Positions 24,101 through 34,600 of a stretch of DNA of 64,000 bases are shown piece by piece. The stretch is from Squalus acanthias (taxonomy: Eukaryota). Location of the stretch: assembly GCA_030390025.1 (NCBI GenBank), contig JASTWF010000344.1, positions 62,001 to 126,000 on the forward strand, written 5' to 3'. Both the position numbers and the translations under genes were made by a program. Under the pieces are notes generated by a model that worked only from the letters and a program-made list of their open reading frames with translations, was not told where the DNA came from and ran no database searches. The stretch's first letter is position 1, and the number at the start of each line of letters is the position of its first letter.

Positions 24101-24905
24101 AGCCTTCGTCAGCACCTGGGTCGCACGGTTCGGCGTCCCCTCCGACATGACGTCGGACAGAGGTCCGCAATTTACCTCTGAATTCCGGACCGCCGTTGCA
24201 CGCAATCTCGGGGTGACCATTCACTGCACCACAGCATACCACCCCCAAGCCAACGGACTGTGTGAGCGGTTCCACAGATCCTTGAAGGCATCTCTTCGAG
24301 CCAGCCTCCAAGATGGCGCCTGGACCGACCGACTTCCGTGGGTCCTCCTCGGCCTGCGCACCGCGGTTAAAGAAGACCTCCACGCATCGGCAGCAGAGCT
24401 CGTGTACGGTCAGCCGCTGCGCGTACCCGGCGAGTTCCTGCCCACCGCCACGACACCCTGGTCAGCCGACCAGCAACGCCACGACTTCGCCTCACCGGCA
24501 CTGCAGTTCGCCCCGGTGCCCATTGCTCGACACGGCGAATCCACCTCACACGTCCCACTAAGCCTGCACCAGGCACGGTTTGTTTTCGTCCGGCACGACG
24601 CCCACCGCGGACCCCTTCAACCCCCGTACGATGGGCCCTACAAGGTGCTACAGGCTGGGGACAAATTTTTCACCCTGCAAGTGGGCGACAAGACCGAAAA
24701 AGTGTCGGTTGACCGACTCAAGCCAGCACACTCGGAGCCCGGTGAGCAGGTCCCTGTAGCTCGTCCACCTCCACGCGGCCGACCTGCCCTCAAGCCAGTT
24801 CACCCGGCTGCTCCACGCCCGGCTGTTCCACGTCCACCGGCGTCCTACAAGAGCCGCCCCGGCCGGCCCATCAGACCGCCGCACCGTCTCGTCCACACCT
24901 CCTAA
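21162..24905 (+). CDS. Gag-pol polyprotein (1247 aa) of the CsRn1-like Gypsy element
   Basis: Gag start VKLPEFW...EAWF, CYYHARFGTRAQRCTPPC, protease FLCDTGA, RT with YLDD, RNase H TTDAS, integrase HNLSH...CLAC, HVDIVGP/SDRG/NGLCERFH and a GPY motif. Confidence 0.95.
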   Translation: MADTNAVSVKLPEFWENQPEAWFLQAESRFRLRNITIDGMKYDYLVTSLSSAAVSKVWTTLQNPPEEGKYAYLRTALLKKLTASAYQRNCHLLDLPGLGDASPSDLLSHMLSLTDESPPGSLFRTLFICQLPLSIRPAIMASGLTNLEANAWARPSPSSTRPQGPVTRPTGPSRPTNPGHCYYHARFGTRAQRCTPPCSFKSAPVPAPAMAVGHAGSLLFVTDDKTGHRFLCDTGAQHSIIPASSLDIQKGERGPVLAAANGSEIRTYGTRTVTLNLAGRRYRWEFITAKVLSPLIGADFLCAHGLLVDIPRHRLVDMNTMSPILGAMAPSQPADMASQCHARATDDYSALLAEFPALTNPTFSTEAAKHGVEHFIPTTGSPVYAHARRLDPAKLEVARTEFATMEQLGIIRRSNSPWASPLHIAPKPGGGWRPCGDYRRLNDATTPDRYPVPHIQDFSARLAGRSVFSKVDLVRGYHQVPVHPADVPKTAVITPFGLFEFLRMPFCLKNAAQAFQRLMDLVLRDLKFLFVYLDDILVASSSKQEHLEHLRILFGRLSDHGLILSPAKCQFGLDKIDFLGHHITHAGAIPLPTKVQAVQQFHRPTTIKGLQEFLGMVNFYNRFIPKAPSLMRPLYETLRGRSGKMAVEWTADPSAAFDSTKTALANATLLAHPRANARVALTTDASDHAVGAVYEQWVDGAWQPLAFFSRQLRPPEVKYSTFDCELPALFLAVRHFRFLLEGHLFTAFVDHKPLTFAMAKTTDPWSARQQRQLAAVSEFTTDIQHISGRDNVVADCLSRPAIHAAHLAVDYAQLAADQITDPDLLSAPTNLPGLRLADVACGPTAVMVKCDISLCQPWPVVPASWRRWVFDILHNLSHPGARASIKLVANRFVWRGLRKDVRTWANSCLACQRAKVQQHTKAPLEEFTVPSRRFNHIHVDIVGPLPPSQGHTHLLTIVDRTTRWPEAIPLTSTTTADIARAFVSTWVARFGVPSDMTSDRGPQFTSEFRTAVARNLGVTIHCTTAYHPQANGLCERFHRSLKASLRASLQDGAWTDRLPWVLLGLRTAVKEDLHASAAELVYGQPLRVPGEFLPTATTPWSADQQRHDFASPALQFAPVPIARHGESTSHVPLSLHQARFVFVRHDAHRGPLQPPYDGPYKVLQAGDKFFTLQVGDKTEKVSVDRLKPAHSEPGEQVPVARPPPRGRPALKPVHPAAPRPAVPRPPASYKSRPGRPIRPPHRLVHTS

Positions 24906-26786
24906 GCAGATTCTGGGGGGAGCTGTGTGGCGGATCGCCACCTAAACGGGCATAACCCACTTTTCCGTCTGTGGACAATATATCGGTGAACCTTCCCTTT
25001 AAGGCACCTTACCTTTAAGACAGGAGTGGGGCTTCAGGGTTTTTCCAGAGAATTCTGGGAGCAGCTTTCTCAGCCATTTTGTGTGCCATGCAGTGAATTA
25101 AAGTTTCTTGTTTTCCACATATGGATTCAGCCTCCATTCGTGTTTCGCGGCAGCCTCAACAGGAGAAGTTGAAATCCCCTACTATTACTGTCCTATTTTT
25201 GCACGTCTCAGAAATTTGCCTACATATTTGCTCTTCTATCTCCCTCTGACTGTTCGGAGGTCTATAGTACACTCCCAGCAGTGTGATTGCCCCTTTTTGT
25301 TTTTCAGTTCAACCCATATGGCCTCATTTGATGATCCTTCGAAGATATCCTCCTTCCTCACAGCTGTAATTGATTCTTTAATCAATATTGCGACACCCCC
25401 TCTTTTTTTATCCCCTTCGCTATCTCGTCTGAAAACCCTGTAACCAGGAATGTTGAGCTGCCATTCCTGCCCTTCTTTCAGCCATGTCTCAGTAATAGCT
25501 ATATCATACTCCCACGTGTCTATCTGTGCCCTCAGCTCATCTGCTTTATTCCCTAGACTCCTTGCGATGAAGTATATCCCATTTAGCACTGCCAAACTCC
25601 CTTGTTTTCTATTTTCTAGCCTTTGTTTCCTCTGCCTACCAAACTCGCTTACTAATTTTCTGCCTTCCATTTCCAGCTTGGCTTCTCTCCCTTCTGAATC
25701 TACTCTCAGGTCTCCATCCCCCTGCCAAGCTAGTTTAAACCCTCCCCAACAGCACTAGCAAACCCCGCCGCGAGGATATTGGACCCGGTCCTGTTGAGGT
25801 GCAACCCTTCCGGCTTGTACAGGTCCCACCTCACCCAGAAACGGTCCCAATGCCTCAGGAATCTAAAGCCCTCCCTCCTGCACCATCTCTCCAGCCACGC
25901 ATTCATCCGTTCTATCCTCCTATTTCTGTACTCATTAGCACGTGGCACCGGGAGTAATCCGGAGATTACTACCTTTGAGGTCCTGCTTTTTAATCTCTTT
26001 CCTAGCTCCCTAAAATCTGCCTGCAGGACCTCATCCTTCTTTCTACCTATGTCGTTGGTACCGATGTGGACCACGACCTCTGGCTGTTCACCCTCACCCC
26101 TCAGAATGTCCTGCAGCCGTTCAGTAACATCCTTGACCCTGGAACCAGGGAGGCAACATACCATCCTGGAGTCACGTCTGCGGCTGCAGAAACGCCTGTC
26201 TGTTCCCCTATCGAATCCCCTATCACTATTGCTCTTCCACTCTTCCTCCTACCCCCCTGTGCAGCTGAGCCACCTGTGGTGCCGTGGACTTGGCTCTGGC
26301 TGCACTCCCCAGAGGAACCATCGCCCCCACCAGTATCCAGAACTGAATACTGGTTAGCGAGCGAGATGCACTCAGTTGATTCCTGCCCTACCTGCCTGGT
26401 CCTCCTCTTCTGTCTGACGGTCACCCATTCCCTCTCTGCCTGCACACTCTTAAGCTGCGGGGTGACCACCTCTAGAAACGTGTTATCCATGTAACTCTCA
26501 GCCTCGCGGATGCACCGCAGTGACTCCAGCCGCCGCTCAGGCTCCGAAACCCGGAGCTCGAGCTGCTGTAGCTGCGACACTTCCCGAACATGTGGTTGTC
26601 CAGGCTACACGAAGTGTCTAGAATTTCCCACATGGCACAGGATGTGCATTCCACGGGACTGAGCTGCCCTGCCATGCCTCTATATAATATACAATGAATT
26701 ACCTTGACAGAAATAAACTTAAAAACTTAACAAAAAAACACTCACCAGCTACTCACCAATCAGCTCCCTTGTGCCGACGTCATTCC

Positions 26787-27208
26787 TGTGGTGAGTTACA
26801 CTCAGCGACTCTGTGCCTCTCGCAGGTCCGCCGCTCAGCTCCGGATTGTGGTGAGTTACACTCAGCGACTCTGTGCCTCTCGCAGGTCCGCCGCTCAGCT
26901 CCGGATTGTGGTGAGTTACACTCAGCGACTCTGTGCCTCTCGCAGGTCCGCCGCTCAGCTCCGGATTGTGGTGAGTTACACTCAGCGACTCTGTGCCTCT
27001 CGCAGGTCCGCCGCTCAGCTCCGGATTGTGGTGAGTTACACTCAGCGACTCTGTGCCTCTCGCAGGTCCGCCGCTCAGCTCCGGATTGTGGTGAGTTACA
27101 CTCAGCGACTCTGTGCCTCTCGCAGGTCCGCCGCTCAGCTCCGGATTGTGGTGAGTTACACTCAGCGACTCTGTGCCTCTCGCAGGTCTGCCGCTCAGCT
27201 CCGGATTG
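26787..27208. repeat. 60-bp minisatellite, 7 near-perfect copies
   Basis: Unit TGTGGTGAGTTACACTCAGCGACTCTGTGCCTCTCGCAGGTCCGCCGCTCAGCTCCGGAT. Confidence 0.97.
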
Positions 27209-27659
27209 CAGGAAGAACCTGTTTACTAAAAGTGTGGTGATTATGTGGAACAGATTACAGGCACGGTGGATGTGACAAGAAACCTTCATGGGTTTCAAGA
27301 AGGAATTAGACAAGTTCTTGCCAGCAAATGGGATTCAGGGTCATTAGAAACGCACTAAGGGAACACTGGATAGGTTGGCTCGATGGGCCAAATGGTCTCA
27401 TGCTTGAAACTATGTCACACAACGAGCAGAGACTGAAACAGAGAAAAATGCTTCATTCCCCCTTGCCCCAGAGCACTTGGCATTACGTTGAGGTGATTTT
27501 GGAGTATTGGGATTACCAGCAGTGGCAGGGAGGCAGTGATCTCATCTTTTAGAAAGTTAGTTCACGAAAGAAAGCGACACGTCTCAGCACAAGTATTCGG
27601 TTAAATGGAGAGTAAAGCTCCACCCACACTCTCCACCAACTTACAAAGTATTACACAAT

Positions 27660-30405
27660 ATTTACAGAAACAGGCCATTCAGCCCGACTGCTCCGTGCCG
27701 GTGTTTCTGCTCCACACGAGCCTCCTCCCACCCTCTTCATCTCACCCCATCACCATATCCTTCTATTCCTTTCTCCCTCATGTGTTTATCCAGCTTCCCC
27801 TTAAATGCATCTGTGCTATTCGCCTCAACCACTCCCTGTGGGAGCGAGTTCCACATTCTCACCACTCTCTGGGTAAAGGAGTTTCTCCTGAATTCCCGAT
27901 TGGATTTATTAGTGACTATCTTATATTGATGGCCCCTAGTTTTGGTCGTCCCCCCCCACCATAAGTGGAAACATCTTCTCTTCCTCTACCCTATCAAACC
28001 CTTTCATTATCTTAAAGACCTCTATCAGGTCATCCCCCAGTCTTCTCTTTTCTGAAGACCCAGCCTGTTCAGCCTTTCCTGATCGGTAGAACCTCTCAGT
28101 TCGGGTATTATTCTAGTAAATCTGTTTTGCACCCTCTCCAGTGCCTCGATATCCATTTTATAATATGGAGACCAGAACTGTTCACAGTGCTCCAAGTGTG
28201 GTCTATCCAAGGTTCTACACTAGTTTAACATAACTTCTCTGCTTTTCAATTCTATCCCTCTCGAAATGAACCCCAGGGCTTGGTTTGCTTTTTTAGGGCC
28301 TTATTAACCTGTGTCGCTACTTTTAGTGATCTGTGTATCTGTTCCCCAGATCCCTCGGCTCCTCTACCCCAATTAAACTCTTGTTATCCAAGCAGTGTGT
28401 GGCCTCCTTATTCATCCTCCCAAAATGCACCACCGCACACTTCTCTATATTGATCATTTGCCAATTACACGCCCATTCTGCTAGTTTATTAATGTCTTCC
28501 TGTATTTTGTCGCAGTCCTCTGTGTTAACCATTCCCCAGTTTGGCATCATCAGCAAATTCTGAAATTGTTCTTCCGATTCCTGAGTCCAAATCGTTCCCG
28601 TAAATGGTGAACAACGGTGGTCCCAGCACCGATCCTTGTGGAACATCACTTCCCACCATTTGCCAATCTGAGAAACTACCTTTAGCCCCCACTCTCTGTT
28701 TTCTGTTTTGTAGCCAGCTTGCTGTCCATTCTGCTACTTGTCCCCTGATTCCACATGCTCTGACCTTAGTCATGAGTCTACTCTGCGGTTCCTTATCGAA
28801 GGCCTTTTGGAAATCCAAAAAGATTACGTCTACTATATTATCCTTGTCTACCCTTTCTGTTACTTCTTCAAAGAATTCAATAAGGTTGGTCAAGCAGGAC
28901 CATCCCTTTTGGAATCCGTGCTGACTACTCTTTATTATATCTTCAGTTTCTAGATGCTTTTCTATTACATCTTTGAGTAATGATTCCATTATCTTTCCCA
29001 CCACCGACGTTAAGCTAACCGGTCTATAGTTCCCTGGACTTGTTCTATCTCCCCATTTAAATATAGGAATCACATTAGTTGTCCGCCTGCCCTCTGGCAC
29101 TATTCCCTTTTCTAATGAATTTTTATATATATATGTAATAGTGCCTCTGCTATCTCTTCCCTAACCACTTTTAATATGCGCGGATGCAATCCATCTGGAC
29201 CAGGTGATTTATCCTCTCTATGTTTGATTAGTTTATCAATTATCACCCTCCCCCCCTCTTTCTTAAATATCTTTATATCTTTTTTGTTCCCTTCTTCTAA
29301 TGTCATGTCCACTGTATTAGTCTCCCTGGTAAATACTGAGGCAAAATAATGATTTCCTATTTCTGCCATTTCGCTGTCATTACCTGTGGGTTTATCGTGT
29401 GTCTCCGTTAGTGGTCCGATCCCGATCCGGATTTTCCTTTTGTTATTTATGTGTCTGTAGAATACTTCACCACTTCTTTTTATATTCTTTGGTAATTTAA
29501 TTTCGGAGTTTCTCTTTGCCTTCCTAATTGTGTTATTTGACTTCTTTCCTAACTTTTTCGTGTCCCTCTTGTCATCCTCCTTTGTTGGCTCTGTATTCCT
29601 TTCTCTTTAGTTTCAATTTTGTCATTATTTCTTTATTCATCCCTGGTGTGTCATTACTGGCTAGTTTGTTCTTGCTCTTTAGTGGGATATGTTTCTCCTG
29701 GACTCTATTGATCACCTTTTTAAATGTTTCCCACTGCTGTTCTATTTCTTTGTTTGTCAGTTTTTCCAGTTTATTTTCCCTCGTTCCATTCTCATCCCCT
29801 CAAAATCAGCTTTTTCCAATTTATCACTTTGGTCTTTGCCTTTTGTCCTTCTCAATCTTTATCTTAAACCTAATTATGTTGTGGTCGCTATTGACTAGAT
29901 GCTCCCCAATGCTTACTTCTCTTATAATTTCTGATTCATTTCCTATTACTAGATCCAGCAGTGCTCCCTCTCTCGTTGGGCTTTTTACATACTGAGTAAG
30001 AAGAGTCTTGAACACTCTGTAAAACTCCATTCCCTTTTCCCCTTTCACTACCTCTTGCCAGTTTATTTGGAAATAGTTAAAATCTCCCATGATTATTATT
30101 CGATGTCTTTTACTCATTTCACATATTTCTTCCTTCACCTCGTTTCCACTATTAGGTGGTCTGTAGTGTACCCCTATTAATGTGATTGATCCCTTCTTAT
30201 CTTTTATTTCAATCTATATGGATTCTGTTTCTAACCGTCTGTTAGTTATGTCCCTTTTTTCTACTGGCATTATCTTATCTCTGATTAGTACAGATACCCC
30301 ATCTCACCTTCTTCCTTCCCTGTCCTTTCTGATTATGTTATATCCTGCAATATTTAGTTGCCAGTCCTGCTCTTTATGGAGTCATGATTCAGTTATTCCC
30401 ACAAT
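27660..30405 (-). mobile_element. Decayed CR1 LINE (endonuclease to 3' end)
   Basis: Fragmented ORF2: [45 protein letters not shown]. Confidence 0.88.
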
Positions 30406-31620
30406 CTTGAGTGACTGCTGACAGAAGACTTGCCACATAATAATACACCATTCCGTTTGAAAGTCTTGACTGCCTGTTATATCCTCAGTAATTTAATAAC
30501 CACTCTTAAATCCAACTTGGTTACTTACTGTTTTGCTGGTTAATAAATTTGTTTGGTAGTTAAAGCCTAAGTCTATAAATTCTTAAAGACCTGTCCATCA
30601 ATCCAAACCGGGGTTCTCATCTGCAACCTGATCTGTGTGTGAACCTACTATTCATTTCAAGAATGGAGAGTAATTACACCTTTTAGCCTCAAAAGAACAC
30701 ATGGAACTACATGGATTTTTGGAAGGCATTTGACAAAGTACCACATAGAAGGCTGGTTAACAAAATTGAGGCTCATGGAACAGGTGGGTCAGTGACAGCT
30801 TGGATAAGGAATTGGCTTAAGGACAGAAAACAGCGAGTTGTGGTAAATGGCTGTTTTTCAGACTGGAGGATGGTAGACAGTGGTGTTCCCCAAGGGTCAG
30901 TGCTGGGGCCACTGCTTTGTTTGATATATATAAATGACCTGGATATTGGAATACAGAGTAGAATTTCTAAATTTGCCGATGACACCAAACTTGGGGGTGT
31001 GGCAAACAGTGATGATGATATCAATCGACTGCAACAGGACACAGAAAGGCGAGCAGAATGGGCAGACAAGTGGCAGATGGAATTTAATACAGAGAAGTTT
31101 GAGGTGATGCATTTTGGCAGAAGGAACAGGGAAAGACAATTTACACTTAATGACACAGTTTTACAGAGTGTGCAGGGACAGAGGGACCTGGGAGTTAATG
31201 TGCATAGGTCCCTGAAGGTGGCAGGACATATTGAGAGAGTGGTTAACATAGCATATGGGATCTTGGGCTTCATAAATAGAGGTATTGAGTATAAAAGTAG
31301 AGAAGTTATGCTGAACCTTTATAAAGCGCTGGTTAGGCCACAACTGGAGTATTGTGTCCAGTTCTGGTCACCACACTTTAGGAAGGATGTGAAGGCCCTT
31401 GAGAGGGTGCAGAGGAGATTTACCAGAATGGTTCCGGGGATGGGGGATCTTAGCTACAAGGACAGGTTGGAAAAGCTGGATTTGTTTTCATTAGAGCAAA
31501 GGAGGTTGAGGGGTGATTTGATAGAGGTGTACAAGATTATGACCGGTTTGGATAGGCTAGACGGGGAAAGGCTGTTCCCACTAGTTGACGGTACAAGGAC
31601 TAGGGGACACAGATATAAGG

Positions 31621-34600
31621 TGTGGTAAACACAATACAGCTTCCTGTGACTTGAATTTTATTACATCACTTCCTGTGATTAGTCCAGGATAAATACTGGG
31701 CTGATCAGTTGGATCCTGGAGAGGCATAGAGTAAGACCTCTTTTGTATGTAGCACCTTTTTAGTTGATTAAAGCTTACTTTAAGTTCACCATGCGTAAGG
31801 CTCATTCTTACGACAATTTAATCAACTTTGAAAAACTTCGCACTCAAACTTTTTGGACGAACTCGGAACTAAGGATCCAGGGAATCACCCATCATGGAAA
31901 ACATCCTTAAACCATCGCGTCTTGACTTGGACCCAAACACCCCAGCAGCCGGTAAGGTGTGGAAACACTGGTATCGCACGTTTGACAATTTTCTCGAATA
32001 TTGCAAGGCTGATGATGACTCAAAATTGCGGATACTCATCAACTGTGTCACCCCGAATGTATTTCAGTATGTCGAGGAATGGGGCAGTTACGAGGAGGTA
32101 ATTCGGACGCTTAAAAGACTATATACTAAGACACCGAATGAGGTCTATGCCAGACATCTACTAGCTACAGCCCAACAAGGGCCGGGGGAATCCATTGATA
32201 AATTCCTCCAAGAGCTTCGCAGACTTAGTATGGACTGTAACTTTCAGGCGGCCTCAGCTGAGCTGTACCGTGAAGAAATGATCCGTGATGCTTTCATCTG
32301 CGGGCTTGCCTCCCCATTTATACGCCAGCGTCTACTGGAAAGTAAGACACTTGAGCTTCAGAGAGCTTATGACATGGCTTGCTCTCTAGATCTGGCAAAA
32401 AGAAATGCAGACCTTTATACAGTGCCCAGACCTCGGTCTGCTGCCTTAACTACAGTCAGGCAATTTAAGAGGCCACAGGTGAACTCTATTAGGGAGGACT
32501 TTATCCCTGACGATCAATCTGATGACTTCACTGATGAAGAGGATGATGACCCCACTGTGGCAGCCTCTTGGCAATCTAAGAAATGCTTCTTTTGTGGTGA
32601 TGAGTTTCACCCTCGGAAATTCTGCCCTGCTCGCAATGCGTTTTGCAGTCATTGCAACAAAAAGGGTCATTTTGCAAAGGTTTGCCTATCAAGAGCCTCT
32701 ACGAGGGCTTATCAAGCTAAGTCCTACCGAACTGCCCCGGTAAGGGCCTATCAAGATGTTCCGGCTAAAATCTATCGTGCTTCCTCTCGGGTTTTCTCTC
32801 GAAGAAACACACCTAGAGTTTCAGCCACTCTTTGTGCAACGACACCAATTACAGCTGCTTGTCCTCAGAACCTATTCCATGCAGCTACAAAAGCATCAAT
32901 TAATGGACATACTTTAGATGCCTTAATTGACTCAGGTAGCACTGATAGTTTCATTAGGGAACAGATTGTTGCAGAGTTAAAGCTACATGTTTTCCCATCG
33001 GACCAGGCAATTGCGATGGCTCAGTCATCACTTAATACCAGAATTTCTGGCTTTTGTATGGTTGAAATAACACTTAATGGTCACAGGTATCCCTCCACCC
33101 GGCTTTCGGTGCTCAAGGACTTATGTAGTGATCTTATCTTAGGGCTAGATTTTCAAAAGCAGCATAAGAAGCTCACCATTGAGTTTGGCGGATCCAAACC
33201 TGAACTCACTATTTCTAATATACGACCTCGATTACCATTCTGTGCATTGTCAGCAGCTTCACTGGATGAACCCTCACTGTTTACCAGTATCCCTCCTCGA
33301 TGCAAACCGATTATAACAAAGTCACGACGTTTCAGTCAGGAAGACCAGTCTTTTATTGCGGCTGAGATTTCTCGGCTTTTAGCAGAGGATATCATCGAGC
33401 CTTGTTCGTCGCCATGGCGCGCCCAGGTCGTTATTGTTAAGAACCCTCTACAACCTCACAAGAAACGGCTGTGCATTGACTATTCACAGACCATCAATCA
33501 ATATACGGACTTGGACGCATACCCATTGCCGCGCATCGATGATATGGTTAATAAACTGGCTGAGTACACGGTGTTCTCAACATATGATCTGAAAAGTGCC
33601 TATCATCAGGTACCCTTGAAGGTCTCAGACAAGCAGTATACGGCCTTTGAAGCCAATGGACGGCTGTATCAATTTCGTCTACTCCCCTTTGGGGTCACTA
33701 ATGGAGTGGCTGTCTTCCAGCGAGCAATGAATGACCTGGTCAAACAGGAAGACTTAAAGGATACGTTTCCTTATCTGGACAATATTACTGTCGCAGGTCG
33801 CAATCAGCGGGAACATGACGCCAATCTCCAACGATTTTGGGATGCACTCCAGCACCGTAATTTGACATTAAATGCGGCTAAATCCATTGAGTCACAACCA
33901 ACCATCAACATCCTTGGCTATTGTGTGGGCAATGGCATCATTAAACCTGACCCTGAAAGGCTTCGCCCACTCCAAGAACTCCCGCCACCTAAGAATCCGG
34001 CCTCCTTGCGCCGGGCCCTCGGCCTGTTTGCATACTATGCTAAATGGATTCCTAACTTCTCGGACCGAATCCAACCTCTACTGAAGGCCAGCACATTCCC
34101 ACTAGACACAGCGGCTGTTGCAGCCTTTAACCTCCTGAAAAAACAGTTGGAGAAAGCGGCTCTTCACTCCATCGATGAGAGTCTTCCTTTTGTTGTTGAG
34201 TGTGATGCCTTGGAGGTGGCGATCTCGGCCACTCTGAATCAGGAAGGTCGTCCGGTGGCATTTTTGTCCAGGACTTTTCAAGGGGCTGAGCTACATTATC
34301 CTCCAGTCGAGAAAGAAGCTACAGCCATCATAGAGGCAGTACGGAAGTGGACTCATCTCCTAGCTCGCCAGCACTTTACCTTAATCACGGACCAGCGATC
34401 GGTCGCCTTCATGCTCGATAATCGAAAACGGACCAAAATTAAAAATAATAAAATCCAGCTTTGGCGGCTGGAATTGGCCTCTTTTGGTTACACCATCCAC
34501 TATCGACCTGGCAAGGAGAATGTGGCTCCGGATACCCTCACACGAGCATTCTGCTCCGCCATGGCACCCTCTACGCTCGTAGACATCCATGATGGGTTGT

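Larger units (their letters stand above)
19983..25161 (+). mobile_element. Full-length Ty3/Gypsy LTR retrotransposon, CsRn1-like (CHCC Gag motif, tRNA-Trp PBS)
   Basis: 5' LTR 19983-21121 (interrupted by an 895-bp DNA element) and 3' LTR 24926-25161 (236 bp), TG...CA. PBS TGGTGACCCCGACG at 21123-21136. [11 protein letters not shown] before the 3' LTR. It splits a minus-strand CR1 ORF2. Flanks AGGG/GGAG do not form a perfect TSD. Confidence 0.95.
19263..26783 (-). mobile_element. CR1 LINE (5'UTR, ORF1 esterase, ORF2 endonuclease), interrupted by the Gypsy at 19983-25161 and 3'-truncated
   Basis: ORF1 ~26675-25730 (SGNH motifs). ORF2 endonuclease IAITETWL, GGVAILIK, then GDFN|PNINW split across the LTR element, then LDLVL and SDHN. 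Confidence 0.9.

Noticed and set aside
21419..24941. Many overlapping and antisense ORFs within the first Gypsy pol
   Set aside because: Expected in GC-rich coding sequence; no env-like or other domain features.
19979..25165. Target-site duplication for the CsRn1-like element
   Set aside because: Flanks read AGGG and GGAG, so no perfect 4-5-bp duplication can be claimed.
26694..27313. CRISPR-like or repeat-protein reading of the 60-bp array (and of other arrays)
   Set aside because: Units are contiguous with no unique spacers, there are no cas genes, and the context is eukaryotic.
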